DNA of 64,000 nucleotides, from the IMG/VR virus record IMGVR_UViG_3300046787_000129, positions 32,001 to 96,000 of that record. One strand, 5' to 3'. Under the pieces are notes generated by a model. It was not told the origin of the DNA, made no database searches, and saw only the letters and a list, made by a program, of their open reading frames with translations. This document shows, piece by piece, positions 10,510 to 20,900 of the stretch. How positions within the stretch are numbered: position 1 is the stretch's first letter; every line of letters begins with the position of its first letter. This DNA comes from a virus. The position numbers and the translations under genes are program-made.

Positions 10510-11874
10510 ATGACTATTGCTAAAGCACATTGGGATACCGAAGGCGAGAACGTTCGTCTATCGATGCCATTCAGTAAAGTAGATCAGGAACGTCGTATCG
10601 TTTCTGGATTTGCCACACTTGACAACGTTGACCGCCAGGCAGACATCGTAACTACAGAAGCCAGCCTACAAGCCTTCGCTAAATTCCGAGGGAACATCCG
10701 TGAGATGCACCAGCCTATTGCTATTGGCAAGATGATCTCTTTCAAAGAAGACAAGTACTTCGACCCAGAGACCAAGAAGTTCTACTCAGGCGTATATGTA
10801 TCTACATATATCTCAAAGGGTGCTCAGGACGCTTGGGAAAAGGTTCTTGATGGAACCTACACAGGCTTTTCTATCGGCGGTAGAATGAACAAGTGGGATG
10901 ACGCACTAGACACAGTATCAGACAAGGCAGTTCGTATCATTAAGGACTATACCCTTACAGAGCTATCTCTAGTTGACAGTCCAGCAAACCAGTTTGCAAA
11001 TATCCTTTCAGTACAGAAGAATGCTGCTGGAGAATCTGTTGTCAAGGGTGACAATGTTGATGTTGCAATTGAAAATGTATTCTGGGACAAAGAGTCTGGA
11101 CTAGTACTCTTGTCAGAGAACGAAGTGGCGAACAGCCCTACTTCTGGTGCACCCATGCAAAATATAGGTTTCGTTGAAAAATCAGATAACGAAAAAACAG
11201 ATATGATAAAGTTCTTAGTTGATAGTGCTAAAGGCATTAGTACAATTGAGATTAACAAGGAGGTAAGTCCTATGACTGACACAACAAATGAAGTAGTTGT
11301 CGATGCCCCAGCCGAAGAGGTTGTAGCAGAAGACGTTGCTGTTGAAGAATCACAGGTCGCTCCAGAGGCAGAAGTAACAACTGATGTATCAGACGTAGCA
11401 GTAGAGAAGTCAGCAGATGCTGACGAGGATGACAAGCCTGGTTCAACCGTTCCTGAAGAGGCAGACGACATGTCTGGCGAAGAGGATGACAAGGAAGAGA
11501 CCAAGAAGTCAGACGCTACCGATGCTGAGAATCTAGAAGTTACAGTCAAGTCTGATGACACCTTCGATGCTGCAATTGCAGAAGTCAAAGATGTTGTCAC
11601 AAAGGCCTTTAGCGATCTAACTGCAGTTGTTCAAGCACAAGCTGAGCAGATTGCAGAACTAAGCAAGTCTATTGGAGCAGTAAAGAATGAGGTAACTGCA
11701 ACCAAGGGTGAGTTTAACGAGTTTGGTAAGCGTTTTGAAGCCGTAGAGGCTGACACCGCTTTCCGTAAGTCTGGCGATCTCGGTGAGATCGTACAGGAAA
11801 ATCCTCAGATGAACAAGTCTGATGATTCCCCATGGGGCGGACGTTTCCTCAAAACAGCCGATCTATTTAAGTAA
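10510..11874 (+). CDS. Prohead protease (XkdF-like) fused to an acidic scaffold region
   Basis: VDRQADIV, IREMH, GFSIGG, LTELSLVDSPAN; acidic coiled-coil C-terminus; between portal and capsid. Confidence 0.88.
   Translation: MTIAKAHWDTEGENVRLSMPFSKVDQERRIVSGFATLDNVDRQADIVTTEASLQAFAKFRGNIREMHQPIAIGKMISFKEDKYFDPETKKFYSGVYVSTYISKGAQDAWEKVLDGTYTGFSIGGRMNKWDDALDTVSDKAVRIIKDYTLTELSLVDSPANQFANILSVQKNAAGESVVKGDNVDVAIENVFWDKESGLVLLSENEVANSPTSGAPMQNIGFVEKSDNEKTDMIKFLVDSAKGISTIEINKEVSPMTDTTNEVVVDAPAEEVVAEDVAVEESQVAPEAEVTTDVSDVAVEKSADADEDDKPGSTVPEEADDMSGEEDDKEETKKSDATDAENLEVTVKSDDTFDAAIAEVKDVVTKAFSDLTAVVQAQAEQIAELSKSIGAVKNEVTATKGEFNEFGKRFEAVEADTAFRKSGDLGEIVQENPQMNKSDDSPWGGRFLKTADLFK
11272..11874 (+). 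CDS. Putative nested scaffolding protein (internal in-frame start)
   Basis: AAGGAGGT (11257-11264) 7 nt before in-frame ATG 11272; TACAAT at 11241-11246. Confidence 0.6.
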   Translation: MTDTTNEVVVDAPAEEVVAEDVAVEESQVAPEAEVTTDVSDVAVEKSADADEDDKPGSTVPEEADDMSGEEDDKEETKKSDATDAENLEVTVKSDDTFDAAIAEVKDVVTKAFSDLTAVVQAQAEQIAELSKSIGAVKNEVTATKGEFNEFGKRFEAVEADTAFRKSGDLGEIVQENPQMNKSDDSPWGGRFLKTADLFK

Positions 11875-11899
11875 ACACAAAATCACAGGAGGTGACGAT

Positions 11900-13042
11900 A
11901 TGTCGGAAGAAATTATTAAGAACCAGCCAGGAGAGTCTGGCGAGCTAGGTGGAACCGCACCAGGTCTATATCAAGGCCAGGGTGCATTTGCATCTGGATC
12001 AACCGCTGGCGATAACGTTCCAGGAAACTACGCTACTGGCGGAGCTATTGGAAATATCCCAAACGCAACACTTGGTGCCACCGATGGCCCAAACGCAATT
12101 AATCCATCTGGAGCCGCAGGATCAGGTATCCTACGTCCAGAGCAGGCTCGTCGTTTCATCGATTACGTCTGGGACGCAACCGTCCTAGCTAAGGATGGAC
12201 GCAGAGTTACCATGAGAGCTAACACCATGGAGCTTGAGAAGGTTAACGTTGGAGAGCGTGTTATTCGTGCCGCAGCCCAGGCTGACGGTGCTTACACCAA
12301 CACTGGAGCAACCTTCACCAAGGTTGAGCTTACCACCAAGAAGATTCGTCTTGACTGGGAAGTTTCTGCTGAAGGTCTAGAGGATGGCATCGAGGGCGGA
12401 GCTCTTGAGGACCACCTAGTACGTCTAATGACAAATGCATTCGCAAATGACATCGAAGACCTAGCCATCAACGGAACTGGAACTGGTTCAAACGCTTTCA
12501 CATCAATCATGCAGGGCTTTGTTAACAAGGCAACCACTGGTGATGCACACGAAGCAGTTGCAACTGTTGCAGACAACGCTTGGACCACCGATGTAATGCA
12601 GAGCATTATCTTGGCTATGCCTCGTAAGTACCGTGCACTTAAGAACAACCTTAAGTTCTACGCTGGTACCGATGCATTCCAGGGCATCATCAAGCACAAC
12701 GGTACCCTAGCTGACGCAATTGCTGAGGCATTCGCTGGTACTCCAGCAGGTACCCCTGCTAACCGTCAGGCTTACCTTGACGGCAACGGCCAGACCTTCG
12801 GTGGAGCACGTACTACTCGTGTTCTAGGTATCGATGTTCAGGAAGTTCCTTACTACCCTGCAGGCTATGTAGACCTTACATTCCCTCAGAACCGTGTATG
12901 GGGTTTCCAGCGTGACATCACCGTAAACCGTGAGTACAAGCCAAAGAAGGACACCATTGAGTACACCGTATTCGTACGTTTCGGTGTTCAGTGGGAAGAA
13001 GAGGACGCCATTGCGTTCGCAGATGCTGGTGCAGACTCATAG
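11900..13042 (+). CDS. Major capsid protein (HK97 fold)
   Basis: GILRPEQARRFID, FANDIEDLAING, RVLGIDV, QRDITV; SD AGGAGGT before ATG 11900; strongly biased codons; followed by a terminator. Confidence 0.92.
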   Translation: MSEEIIKNQPGESGELGGTAPGLYQGQGAFASGSTAGDNVPGNYATGGAIGNIPNATLGATDGPNAINPSGAAGSGILRPEQARRFIDYVWDATVLAKDGRRVTMRANTMELEKVNVGERVIRAAAQADGAYTNTGATFTKVELTTKKIRLDWEVSAEGLEDGIEGGALEDHLVRLMTNAFANDIEDLAINGTGTGSNAFTSIMQGFVNKATTGDAHEAVATVADNAWTTDVMQSIILAMPRKYRALKNNLKFYAGTDAFQGIIKHNGTLADAIAEAFAGTPAGTPANRQAYLDGNGQTFGGARTTRVLGIDVQEVPYYPAGYVDLTFPQNRVWGFQRDITVNREYKPKKDTIEYTVFVRFGVQWEEEDAIAFADAGADS

Positions 13043-13063
13043 TCTGTAACGGTTCCTTTTGAG

Positions 13064-13097
13064 AGAGGGTAGGAGTTTCGGCTCCTGCCCTCTTTTC
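13064..13097 (+). terminator. Intrinsic terminator after the capsid gene
   Basis: AGAGGGTAGGAGT-TTCG-GCTCCTGCCCTCT followed by TTT. Confidence 0.85.
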
Positions 13098-13109
13098 ATG
13101 TTTAATATC

Positions 13110-13129
13110 TGGTATAATTTATTAGGAGG
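13110..13129 (+). promoter_or_regulatory. Extended -10 promoter plus SD
   Basis: TGGTATAAT then AGGAGG. Confidence 0.6.
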
Positions 13130-13134
13130 CCGCT

Positions 13135-13353
13135 ATGTCAAAAAAGATAAACAATGACCAAGCCATTGTAGCAAAATCAAAGTCAGAACAAACAGTTGCG
13201 GTTCACTCATCTAGAAACGTTAGTTGGCAAGGAGTGGGCAGCGTAAGCAAAGGGTACAATATTGTATCCGAATCAGCTGCTGAAAAATGGCTAACCCGTA
13301 GTCACATAAGAATGGCTACCCCAGAAGAAGTTGCAGGAGCATACAGAACCTAA
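13135..13353 (+). CDS. Small hypothetical head-region protein
   Basis: Good SD; TAATG coupling to the next gene. Confidence 0.7.
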   Translation: MSKKINNDQAIVAKSKSEQTVAVHSSRNVSWQGVGSVSKGYNIVSESAAEKWLTRSHIRMATPEEVAGAYRT

Positions 13354-14276
13354 TGGAAATCTTAAGAGTCCCACCATACCCAATTGTGACAACCTGGAAT
13401 TTGCCAGATGCAGATTACGATTACATCGTGTACGTAGAAGACCTAATCGATCACTCTATCGAAGAGACCACTATCACGTCAGACGAGAACGGTATTGTGA
13501 CTTATGAGATACCAATCTCAAAGGTAGAGTTTGACCGTGAGTTCTTGATTAGATTCTATGATGCAGAGCACCAGCACATAATCTACGAAGAGGGTCTAAG
13601 CATTATTAGACCATACGTAAACCCATCGTCTCTAGGAGAGACAAAGTCTGAGATTGCTGAATACAAGATGTACGAAGTAATTGCTAGATCGATCATAGAT
13701 ACTTTTATTAATGATGGATTCTACAACCACAAGTCAATCCTACAGGCCCAGGGTAATGGTGCAGACTACATGCCAGTATGGAGAATGGCAAACCGTGTAC
13801 TAAAGGTATACGAGAACAACGTTCTTATCTACGACATTGATGCTGACCCAGCAGACAACCTATACAACTTTTCTATTACCCTAGATAACTCTGCTATCCA
13901 AAAGACGACCAACCTTGAGTACAATAGAATCTCTCAGACACTGCCAGGTCTAAGCCTTCCTATATCTAGAGGCGACACTATGTACTCATTCGAGAGACCA
14001 GATGGCGGAGCCTTTAGAACTGGCTACGACTATCTATTTGTTTTGGACGAGGGCTTCCGAGCACTCCCACCAGACGTTGTACGTGCTACAACAATTCTTA
14101 TAAACGACATCAAGTGTGGCAAGCTAGACTACTTCCAGCGTGGAGTTTCTTCATACGACACAGACCAGTTTAAGCTACAGTTCGACAAGGTAATTTTGAG
14201 CGGTACAGGAAACCTACTTGTAGACAAGATGCTAGAGAAGTACACTAGAGGAATCCTTAAACTAGGAGTCCTATAA
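13353..14276 (+). CDS. Head-to-tail adaptor (putative)
   Basis: Position; IARSIIDTF, GF..LPPDVVRAT and TGNLLVDKMLEKY adaptor-like motifs. Confidence 0.65.
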   Translation: MEILRVPPYPIVTTWNLPDADYDYIVYVEDLIDHSIEETTITSDENGIVTYEIPISKVEFDREFLIRFYDAEHQHIIYEEGLSIIRPYVNPSSLGETKSEIAEYKMYEVIARSIIDTFINDGFYNHKSILQAQGNGADYMPVWRMANRVLKVYENNVLIYDIDADPADNLYNFSITLDNSAIQKTTNLEYNRISQTLPGLSLPISRGDTMYSFERPDGGAFRTGYDYLFVLDEGFRALPPDVVRATTILINDIKCGKLDYFQRGVSSYDTDQFKLQFDKVILSGTGNLLVDKMLEKYTRGILKLGVL

Positions 14277-14725
14277 TGGCTTATTGCGAAACTACAGACT
14301 TCATGTATCCGCTACTAGCTGACGTATACTACCCATTAGTAGAGCAGTCAGCATATGGTAGTGTCAAGAAGCAGTGGATTCTAGATAGAACAATTGCTGT
14401 AGCTCTAAATCCAGCAGGCACTAGATCAAAAGCTCAGGTTCAGACCAATGCAAATATAACCCTAGATAACATGCTGATCGGCAGAACCAGAAAAGACATT
14501 CTTGTTTCAACTGAAGAGTCTCCTATTGCTCTAACAAACATAATCTTAACAAACATTAGAGACATTAATGGAGTGCCAATCTACACAGAGTCTTCTGGAA
14601 TAAGAACTGGCAAGTCAACAATATTCGAGATCTCTACCTTTATGCCTATTGTAGGACCCTTTGGATCTACGGAGTATTACAAGATGATCGTTGCTAGATC
14701 AGATAACCAGGCGGCTGACCTTTGA
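14276..14725 (+). CDS. Head closure/stopper (putative)
   Basis: Synteny and beta-rich 149 aa. Confidence 0.5.
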   Translation: MAYCETTDFMYPLLADVYYPLVEQSAYGSVKKQWILDRTIAVALNPAGTRSKAQVQTNANITLDNMLIGRTRKDILVSTEESPIALTNIILTNIRDINGVPIYTESSGIRTGKSTIFEISTFMPIVGPFGSTEYYKMIVARSDNQAADL

Positions 14726-15399
14726 TACTAGAGCTTGATTCAAAACAGTTTATGCGTGACATGAATAATCTCATGCAGTATTCTGTTGGGTTTCTTAATG
14801 GCGTAGAAAAGGGCAAACCTGCTTTTTTGGACAACCTGGGTAGAACAGCTATCGAAGCACTCAAGGAGTTTGTGGACTCAAACGCCAGGGTAGATCCAGA
14901 GATGCTGGCTCACGTGTATGAGTGGTATCAGGTTGGAAGCCCAGAGGCAAGACTATACGATGTAGCCTATACGGTAAATAATACTTTTGGTTTAAGTCTG
15001 CAGTCTACCTTTAGACAGTCTACTACAGTCAAGAATGGATCTAATGAGCCGTTCTACGACAAGGCAAGAATAATGGAAGATGGTATTCCAGTAACTATTC
15101 GTCCAAAGAAGTCTGGAGTCCTAGCTTTTGAGGATAACGGAGAAATGGTTTTTACAAAGTCTCCAGTCAGGATAGAGAATCCTGGAGGGGCTATGGCACA
15201 GGGTGGATACGAAAAGGTATTCAGAATATTCTTTGAGAGATACTTCACCCAGTCATTTATGGTGTCTTCTGGAATCTTTTCTCATCTACAGAATCCTGTA
15301 GACTATAAGAGCAACCTTCAGGCTGGCAAGACTGGCGGCAAATCAACAGGTTTCAGAACGGGATATCAATGGATATCTAGAGGAGGACTATTACAATAA
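14722..15399 (+). CDS. Neck / tail-completion protein (putative)
   Basis: Synteny; IRPKKSGVLAF and VFTKSPVRIENPG motifs. Confidence 0.5.
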   Translation: MILELDSKQFMRDMNNLMQYSVGFLNGVEKGKPAFLDNLGRTAIEALKEFVDSNARVDPEMLAHVYEWYQVGSPEARLYDVAYTVNNTFGLSLQSTFRQSTTVKNGSNEPFYDKARIMEDGIPVTIRPKKSGVLAFEDNGEMVFTKSPVRIENPGGAMAQGGYEKVFRIFFERYFTQSFMVSSGIFSHLQNPVDYKSNLQAGKTGGKSTGFRTGYQWISRGGLLQ

Positions 15400-16007
15400 T
15401 GGCCATATATCACCCACCAAGCTTTATCAATGCATACCTACAGGATAAGGTAGCATATTTTCACGGATTCGGAATGCCGTTTTTCCCTACAATGCCAACA
15501 GACCTACAGGCAGCCACTGATGGATTCTCCTACAGCAAGCTAACTGGTAGCGACGTAGAACAGAAGTATTACTTCAACGGTGCAGCAGCAATCTATGACA
15601 GAATGTTTAAGATGAGAAGAACTGCCTTCCCATACATCAAGTGCGAGCAAGTTCTATACTACATGTACTCTATAAACGAGACTGCAGTATCAACCCTGAT
15701 TGAGGCAACGCAAAGCATTCACGATCTTCTAGACAGAGGGGATGACTCTGCAAAGGACATCAATGCATGGATTCAGTCTCTCTATATTTCTCAGGGCAGA
15801 CGTAAGATAGATGTTCCAGACATTGTTACTGGAGTTACAGAGAATAAGAAGGTTGTAACCCTTAATGGACAAGACATGCTTCTTCCATACTTCCATGACA
15901 TCAAGGTCTATCAGCTACAGGAAACAAGAGACATTATTGACTTTGCTACAGCAAGAACTTATGCTGGGAATAAAATAATTGTCGATTACGACTGGCACAA
16001 ATCATAA
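15399..16007 (+). CDS. Tail terminator (putative)
   Basis: Directly precedes the tail tube gene. Confidence 0.5.
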   Translation: MAIYHPPSFINAYLQDKVAYFHGFGMPFFPTMPTDLQAATDGFSYSKLTGSDVEQKYYFNGAAAIYDRMFKMRRTAFPYIKCEQVLYYMYSINETAVSTLIEATQSIHDLLDRGDDSAKDINAWIQSLYISQGRRKIDVPDIVTGVTENKKVVTLNGQDMLLPYFHDIKVYQLQETRDIIDFATARTYAGNKIIVDYDWHKS

Positions 16008-16082
16008 ATTCAAAAAGACTGCTATACTTATAACGAGGAAACACCCCCATTTTTTATTATCCTAAGAAAGAGGTGAAAAAAT

Positions 16083-16736
16083 ATGGCATATACACGTGGT
16101 AATGATAAGCAGATTATCGTTGGTGCAGCAGCACTATTCACATATGAGCCAGCAACTGGAGACAGCTTCCTAACCGATGCAGACCTACCAGATCTAGTTG
16201 AAGACGTATCTATCAAGGAGACTCTATCATCAGACGCTGACTTCCGTAACGTTGGTTACACATCAAATGGTCTTGAGATTCAGTTCCAGCCTGACTTCGG
16301 TGAAGTTAAGGTTGACCAGTTGCTTGACGTTGCAAAGCTTTACAAGCAGGGCATGAAGGTTAACCTAAAGACAACCTTCGCAGAGGCAACTCTAGAGAAC
16401 CTATTGTTCTCGCTTGCAGGTAAGAGTGCAGACCTAGATACTCCAGGAACTGGTAAGTATGCAGGCAACGATGTTCTAAACCTATCAGCTGGTGACATTG
16501 GAGAATGTCCAGTTGAGCGTGGTCTCGTAGCAGTTGGTCCAGGTACAGGTGACTGTGCAGCTGGTAACTCTATCGAGCGTATCTACGTTGCATACCGTGC
16601 ACTCTCAATTGAGAGCGTTAACGTATCAGCTAAGCGTGACGCAGCAACCGAGTTCGAAGTTTCGTTCCGCTTGCTTCCAAACGGTAACGCTTCATACGGT
16701 AAGATTGTAGACCGTACAATCTCACTAGTTAGCTAA
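16083..16736 (+). CDS. Major tail tube protein
   Basis: IIVGAA, VGYTSNGLEI, VKVDQ, FAEATLENL; SD GAGGTG; own promoter (TGCTATACT 16020-16028) and terminator. Confidence 0.85.
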   Translation: MAYTRGNDKQIIVGAAALFTYEPATGDSFLTDADLPDLVEDVSIKETLSSDADFRNVGYTSNGLEIQFQPDFGEVKVDQLLDVAKLYKQGMKVNLKTTFAEATLENLLFSLAGKSADLDTPGTGKYAGNDVLNLSAGDIGECPVERGLVAVGPGTGDCAAGNSIERIYVAYRALSIESVNVSAKRDAATEFEVSFRLLPNGNASYGKIVDRTISLVS

Positions 16737-16758
16737 TAACTAAATAATAACTGAATAG

Positions 16759-16799
16759 AAGCCGCTCACCTAGTTTTTCTAGGTGGGCGGTTTTGTTTT
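16759..16799 (+). terminator. Intrinsic terminator
   Basis: GCCGCTCACCTAG-ttttt-CTAGGTGGGCGGT followed by TTTGTTTT. Confidence 0.85.
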
Positions 16800-16815
16800 A
16801 CTGTACAATAGAGTG

Positions 16816-17526
16816 ATGGCTACTCAAATATACAAAAGCGGAACCGTGACCACACTAGATGGTCAGAGGCTATATCTAACGCCATTAAAGATAAAGTACC
16901 TTAGACAGTTCATGACCGCATATGCAGAAGTTGGCAAAGCCGAGGGGCAGATAGAAGTTCTTTCAGCACTAGCAGAATGTGCACTGATATCAATGCAACA
17001 ATATTGCCCAGATATAAGAACCCTAGAAGACCTAGAGGACAGAATTAATCTCCCAACCATATACAAGATCATAAACATAGCAGGAGGAGTAAGTGCTGAT
17101 CCAAATGAGCCAGTAGATACTTCTGAGGCAAATGATGGAAAATCAGACGAAGCAAAGGGTTCATCTTGGGATGAGTTAGATTTAGCAAAGCTAGAAGCCG
17201 AGGTATTTTTGCTGGGCATATGGAAAGACTATGAAGAGCTAGAAACCTCGCTATCTATGCCAGAACTAGTAGCAACACTGGAGTCAAAGAGAGAGATAGA
17301 CTATCAGGAAAAGAAGTTCCTGGCAGCTATTCAGGGTGTAGACTTGGATGAGAGCACTGGCCAGAAAGATGCTAACCCTCAAAGCAAGTGGGAAGAGATG
17401 AAGGCTAGAGTGTTTAGTGGTGGAGCTGCCACTAACTCAAATGACATAGTTTCCCTGCAGGGGCCTAGTGCTCAAAAGGCAGGGTTTGGAATAGGCATGG
17501 GCCTAGACTACGTAAAACTGGGATAA
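16816..17526 (+). CDS. Tail assembly chaperone, GT-like (G-like domain plus C-terminal extension)
   Basis: Between tube and tape measure; N-terminal ~90 aa paralogous to the next gene; ATG 6 nt after TACAAT. Confidence 0.7.
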   Translation: MATQIYKSGTVTTLDGQRLYLTPLKIKYLRQFMTAYAEVGKAEGQIEVLSALAECALISMQQYCPDIRTLEDLEDRINLPTIYKIINIAGGVSADPNEPVDTSEANDGKSDEAKGSSWDELDLAKLEAEVFLLGIWKDYEELETSLSMPELVATLESKREIDYQEKKFLAAIQGVDLDESTGQKDANPQSKWEEMKARVFSGGAATNSNDIVSLQGPSAQKAGFGIGMGLDYVKLG

Positions 17527-17582
17527 AATAATTAAGACCTGTGTTATAATTGTATAAACCCGTCGAAAAGAAAGAGAACAAA

Positions 17583-17900
17583 ATGACAACAACAATCAAT
17601 GAAGAGAAGCAGATAGAGCTTTCAAACGGAGCCATTCTAACTGTTCGTCCACTAAAACTATCACTACTTAGACTATTTATGAAGAAGTTCGAATCTCTTT
17701 CAGCAGTAGCCGAAGATAATGACAAGTCACTTGATGTACTCCTAGAGTGCGTAAAGATTGCACTAAAGCAGTACAACCCTGAGCTCGCAGAAGCAAAGGA
17801 CTTGGAAGACATTCTAGACCTTCCTACAGTTTACAAGATTGTTGAAGAGGCTTCAGGCATTAAGCTTGGAGATACAGACCTCCTCAACAGTATTGCATAA
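17583..17900 (+). CDS. Tail assembly chaperone, G-like
   Basis: 105 aa just before the tape measure; own TGTTATAAT (17542-17550) and purine-rich leader. Confidence 0.7.
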   Translation: MTTTINEEKQIELSNGAILTVRPLKLSLLRLFMKKFESLSAVAEDNDKSLDVLLECVKIALKQYNPELAEAKDLEDILDLPTVYKIVEEASGIKLGDTDLLNSIA

Positions 17901-17924
17901 TAATTAAAAAAGAGGTGTTCCTGG

Positions 17925-20900
17925 ATGGCTGATATTCAGTCCAATATTAATGTAAACATTGATACTACAAATGCATTAGCAAGTATCAAGGCTTTACAGT
18001 CACAGATATCAGCCTTCCATACATCTATGGCAAGGGGCGGAGCCCAAGCAACATCTTCGCTTGCCCAGCAACAGCAGAAGCTTCTAGATGGCATTAATGC
18101 AACTGGAAAGTTTTCGGCACAAGTACAAAACATTAAGACTACTACCGAGTCTTTTACCACAGCACTAGAGAAGAACAAGCTCTCTCTAGGACAATACTTT
18201 AAATACTCCGTAGCATCTACCAAGTCATTTGGTAGCATGTTCAAGACAGAGATGAACGTCGTCGAGAAGGTAGCTCGTGAAAGAGTAAAGAGCCTTCAGA
18301 CTCAATACATCAATCTAGGCCGTGATGCAAATGGTGCATTAAAGGCTATATCAATTAGACCGCTTCTTCTTGATCTAGATAACATGCAGACTAAGACTGC
18401 ATTGGCTGCTCAAAAGCAGCAGATCCTCAACCAGTTGCTACACCAGGGATCTACAAATCTTCTAAACTTCGGTAAGAACACTCAGTGGGCTGGTCGTCAG
18501 CTCATGGTTGGTTTTACTATTCCTCTATCTATGGCAGGTACAGCAGCAGCTAAAGCCTACATGGACATGGAAAAGGCTGCTATCAAGATCAAGCGTGTCT
18601 ACGGAGACCTAAATACTAGTGTTAAAGAGACCAACCAGGCTGTAGATGCTATCAAGAGCCTAGCTGCAGAGTATACAAAGTATGGCATTGCAGTAGCTGA
18701 CACCATGGAGATGGCTGCATCTGCAGCTGCTATGGGTAAGACTGGTGCAGACCTTCTTGCACAGGTAAACCAGGCAACTCGCCTAGCCGCTTTGGGTGGG
18801 GTGGAACAAGCTCAGGCCCTAGAGACAACAATCTCTCTAACAAGTGCATTTGGACTATCTACAGAGATGCTTGCATCTAAGATTAACTATCTTAACGCTG
18901 TTGAAAACCAGACCGTAACATCTATCGAAGACCTTACCATTGCCATTCCAAAGGCTGGTCCAGTTGTCAAGCAACTTGGTGGAGACGTAGAGGACCTAGC
19001 ATTCTTCCTAACCGCTATGCGTGAAGGTGGCATTAATGCATCTGAAGGTGCTAACGCACTAAAGTCTGGTCTTGCAGCACTTATCAATCCAACTGGCAAG
19101 GCATCAGAAATGCTTGCTGGATTTGGCATTAATATCAAGGCAATCGTTGAGGGTAACAAGGGTGACCTAAAGAAGACTGTTATTGACTTCGCTACAGCCC
19201 TAAACACCATTGACCCACTAAACCGTGCACGTGCCATTGAGCAAATGTTTGGCAAGTTCCAGTTTGCACGTATCTCTACATTGCTTCAGAACGTAACTGC
19301 CAGCGGTAGCCAAGCATCTAAGGCTCTAGCCCTAGCAAACATGTCTTCAATTCAACTTGCTGCAATGTCACGTAAAGAGTTGGACAGAATTTCTGCATCA
19401 CCAATGTACAAGTTCCAGAAGGCTATTGCAGACCTTCAGGTAAAGATTGCTCCAGTTGGAGAAGCCTTCCTAAAGGCAGTAACTCCAATTATTGGATTTG
19501 TATCTAAGATGCTGGATGGTTTCAATGGAATGAGCGACCAGTTCAAGAACTTCACAGTTATTGGTGTTGCGGTTCTTGGTGGACTTGCTCCAGTACTTCT
19601 AATGGTTGTTGGTCTTGTTGCTAATGGTGCTGCAAACATCCTCAAGTTCCTGACCCAAATAAAGTCATTCTTTAACAAAACTTCTGCAGGACAGAAGGAC
19701 CTAGGTTCAAGCACAAGCTACCTAACTACTGAGCAGATTAAGGCCGAAGCTGTAGCAGCTTCTCTAGACCAGATTCACGGAAAGCTAAAGCAGACATTCA
19801 CTTCTGAAGCAGGAGCAGTTGACTCGCTTACTGGTGCATACCAGAGATACCTAGCCGCTACTGGAAAGTATTCGGCACCAGCAGCAAAGGCTGCCCCAGG
19901 ACTATTTACGCCAGTTGTCAGCAAGGCAAAGGGCTTTGCTACTGGAGGAATGGTTCGAGGCCCAGGCAGCGGTACGTCAGACTCAATCCCTGCAAACCTA
20001 TCTAATGGCGAAGCAGTAATTGATGCAGAAACAGTAGAAAAGAATCCAGCCATCATCGCAGCACTATTTGCTGGTAAGACAATCAGTATTCCTGGATACT
20101 CTAGAAACAACTCTAGAGACATTGCAAGCTCTAGAGATTATGCAAAATTTAGAACATACACCGATGCAACATCTGGATTATCTAGTGGAGCTAACTCGGC
20201 ACTAAACACTGGAACGGCATCACCATCAGATATAGCAAGAGAGTATACTACATCACCTACTAGAATTCAGGGTCCACTAATTGCCGCAGTTGCATCCGAG
20301 CTAACTGGTGCAAACACACAGTCTCAGATAGATCAGGCTATTAAGAATAACCCAGAAATACTTTCATATGCAAAAAGCCTAAGCCTCGGTATCGCTAGTG
20401 AAGTAAGCAAGATAACTGCAAAGACTATGGGGGACCCAGAGTATACTGGTGCAGTAGCTAAGGCAAGGGCAGACATAAAGGCATCTCCAGAGATCGCAGC
20501 CGCATCTGAAAAGTTCTTTACGGAACCAAGCACATATGAAGATGACACAATCGAAAGAAAGCGTTCGAGCGGCAGATATGTCGCCGCTGGCCGTGAAAAG
20601 CTTCGTGCCATGGGGGCAAGATATACCGCACTTTTTAAGAGGGGTATGAGAGTTGCAAAAAACTTAAACGTGGATGAGCCACAGCTAGTAGATCCATCAG
20701 CAGCACACATGACATCTCCAAGAGATATGTCCGTATCTGAAATGGATGAATCTGGAATGATGCTTGGAGAAAATGCCCAAGCAGCCCGTGACCGCAAAGC
20801 AAAGAATGAAAAGCTTGTCTACAAGCAGGGTCAGTCAAAGACAAAGGTAACTGTTCCAGCATCAGCTAGTCAGGCTCAAAAGGATGATGCTCTATCTGCT

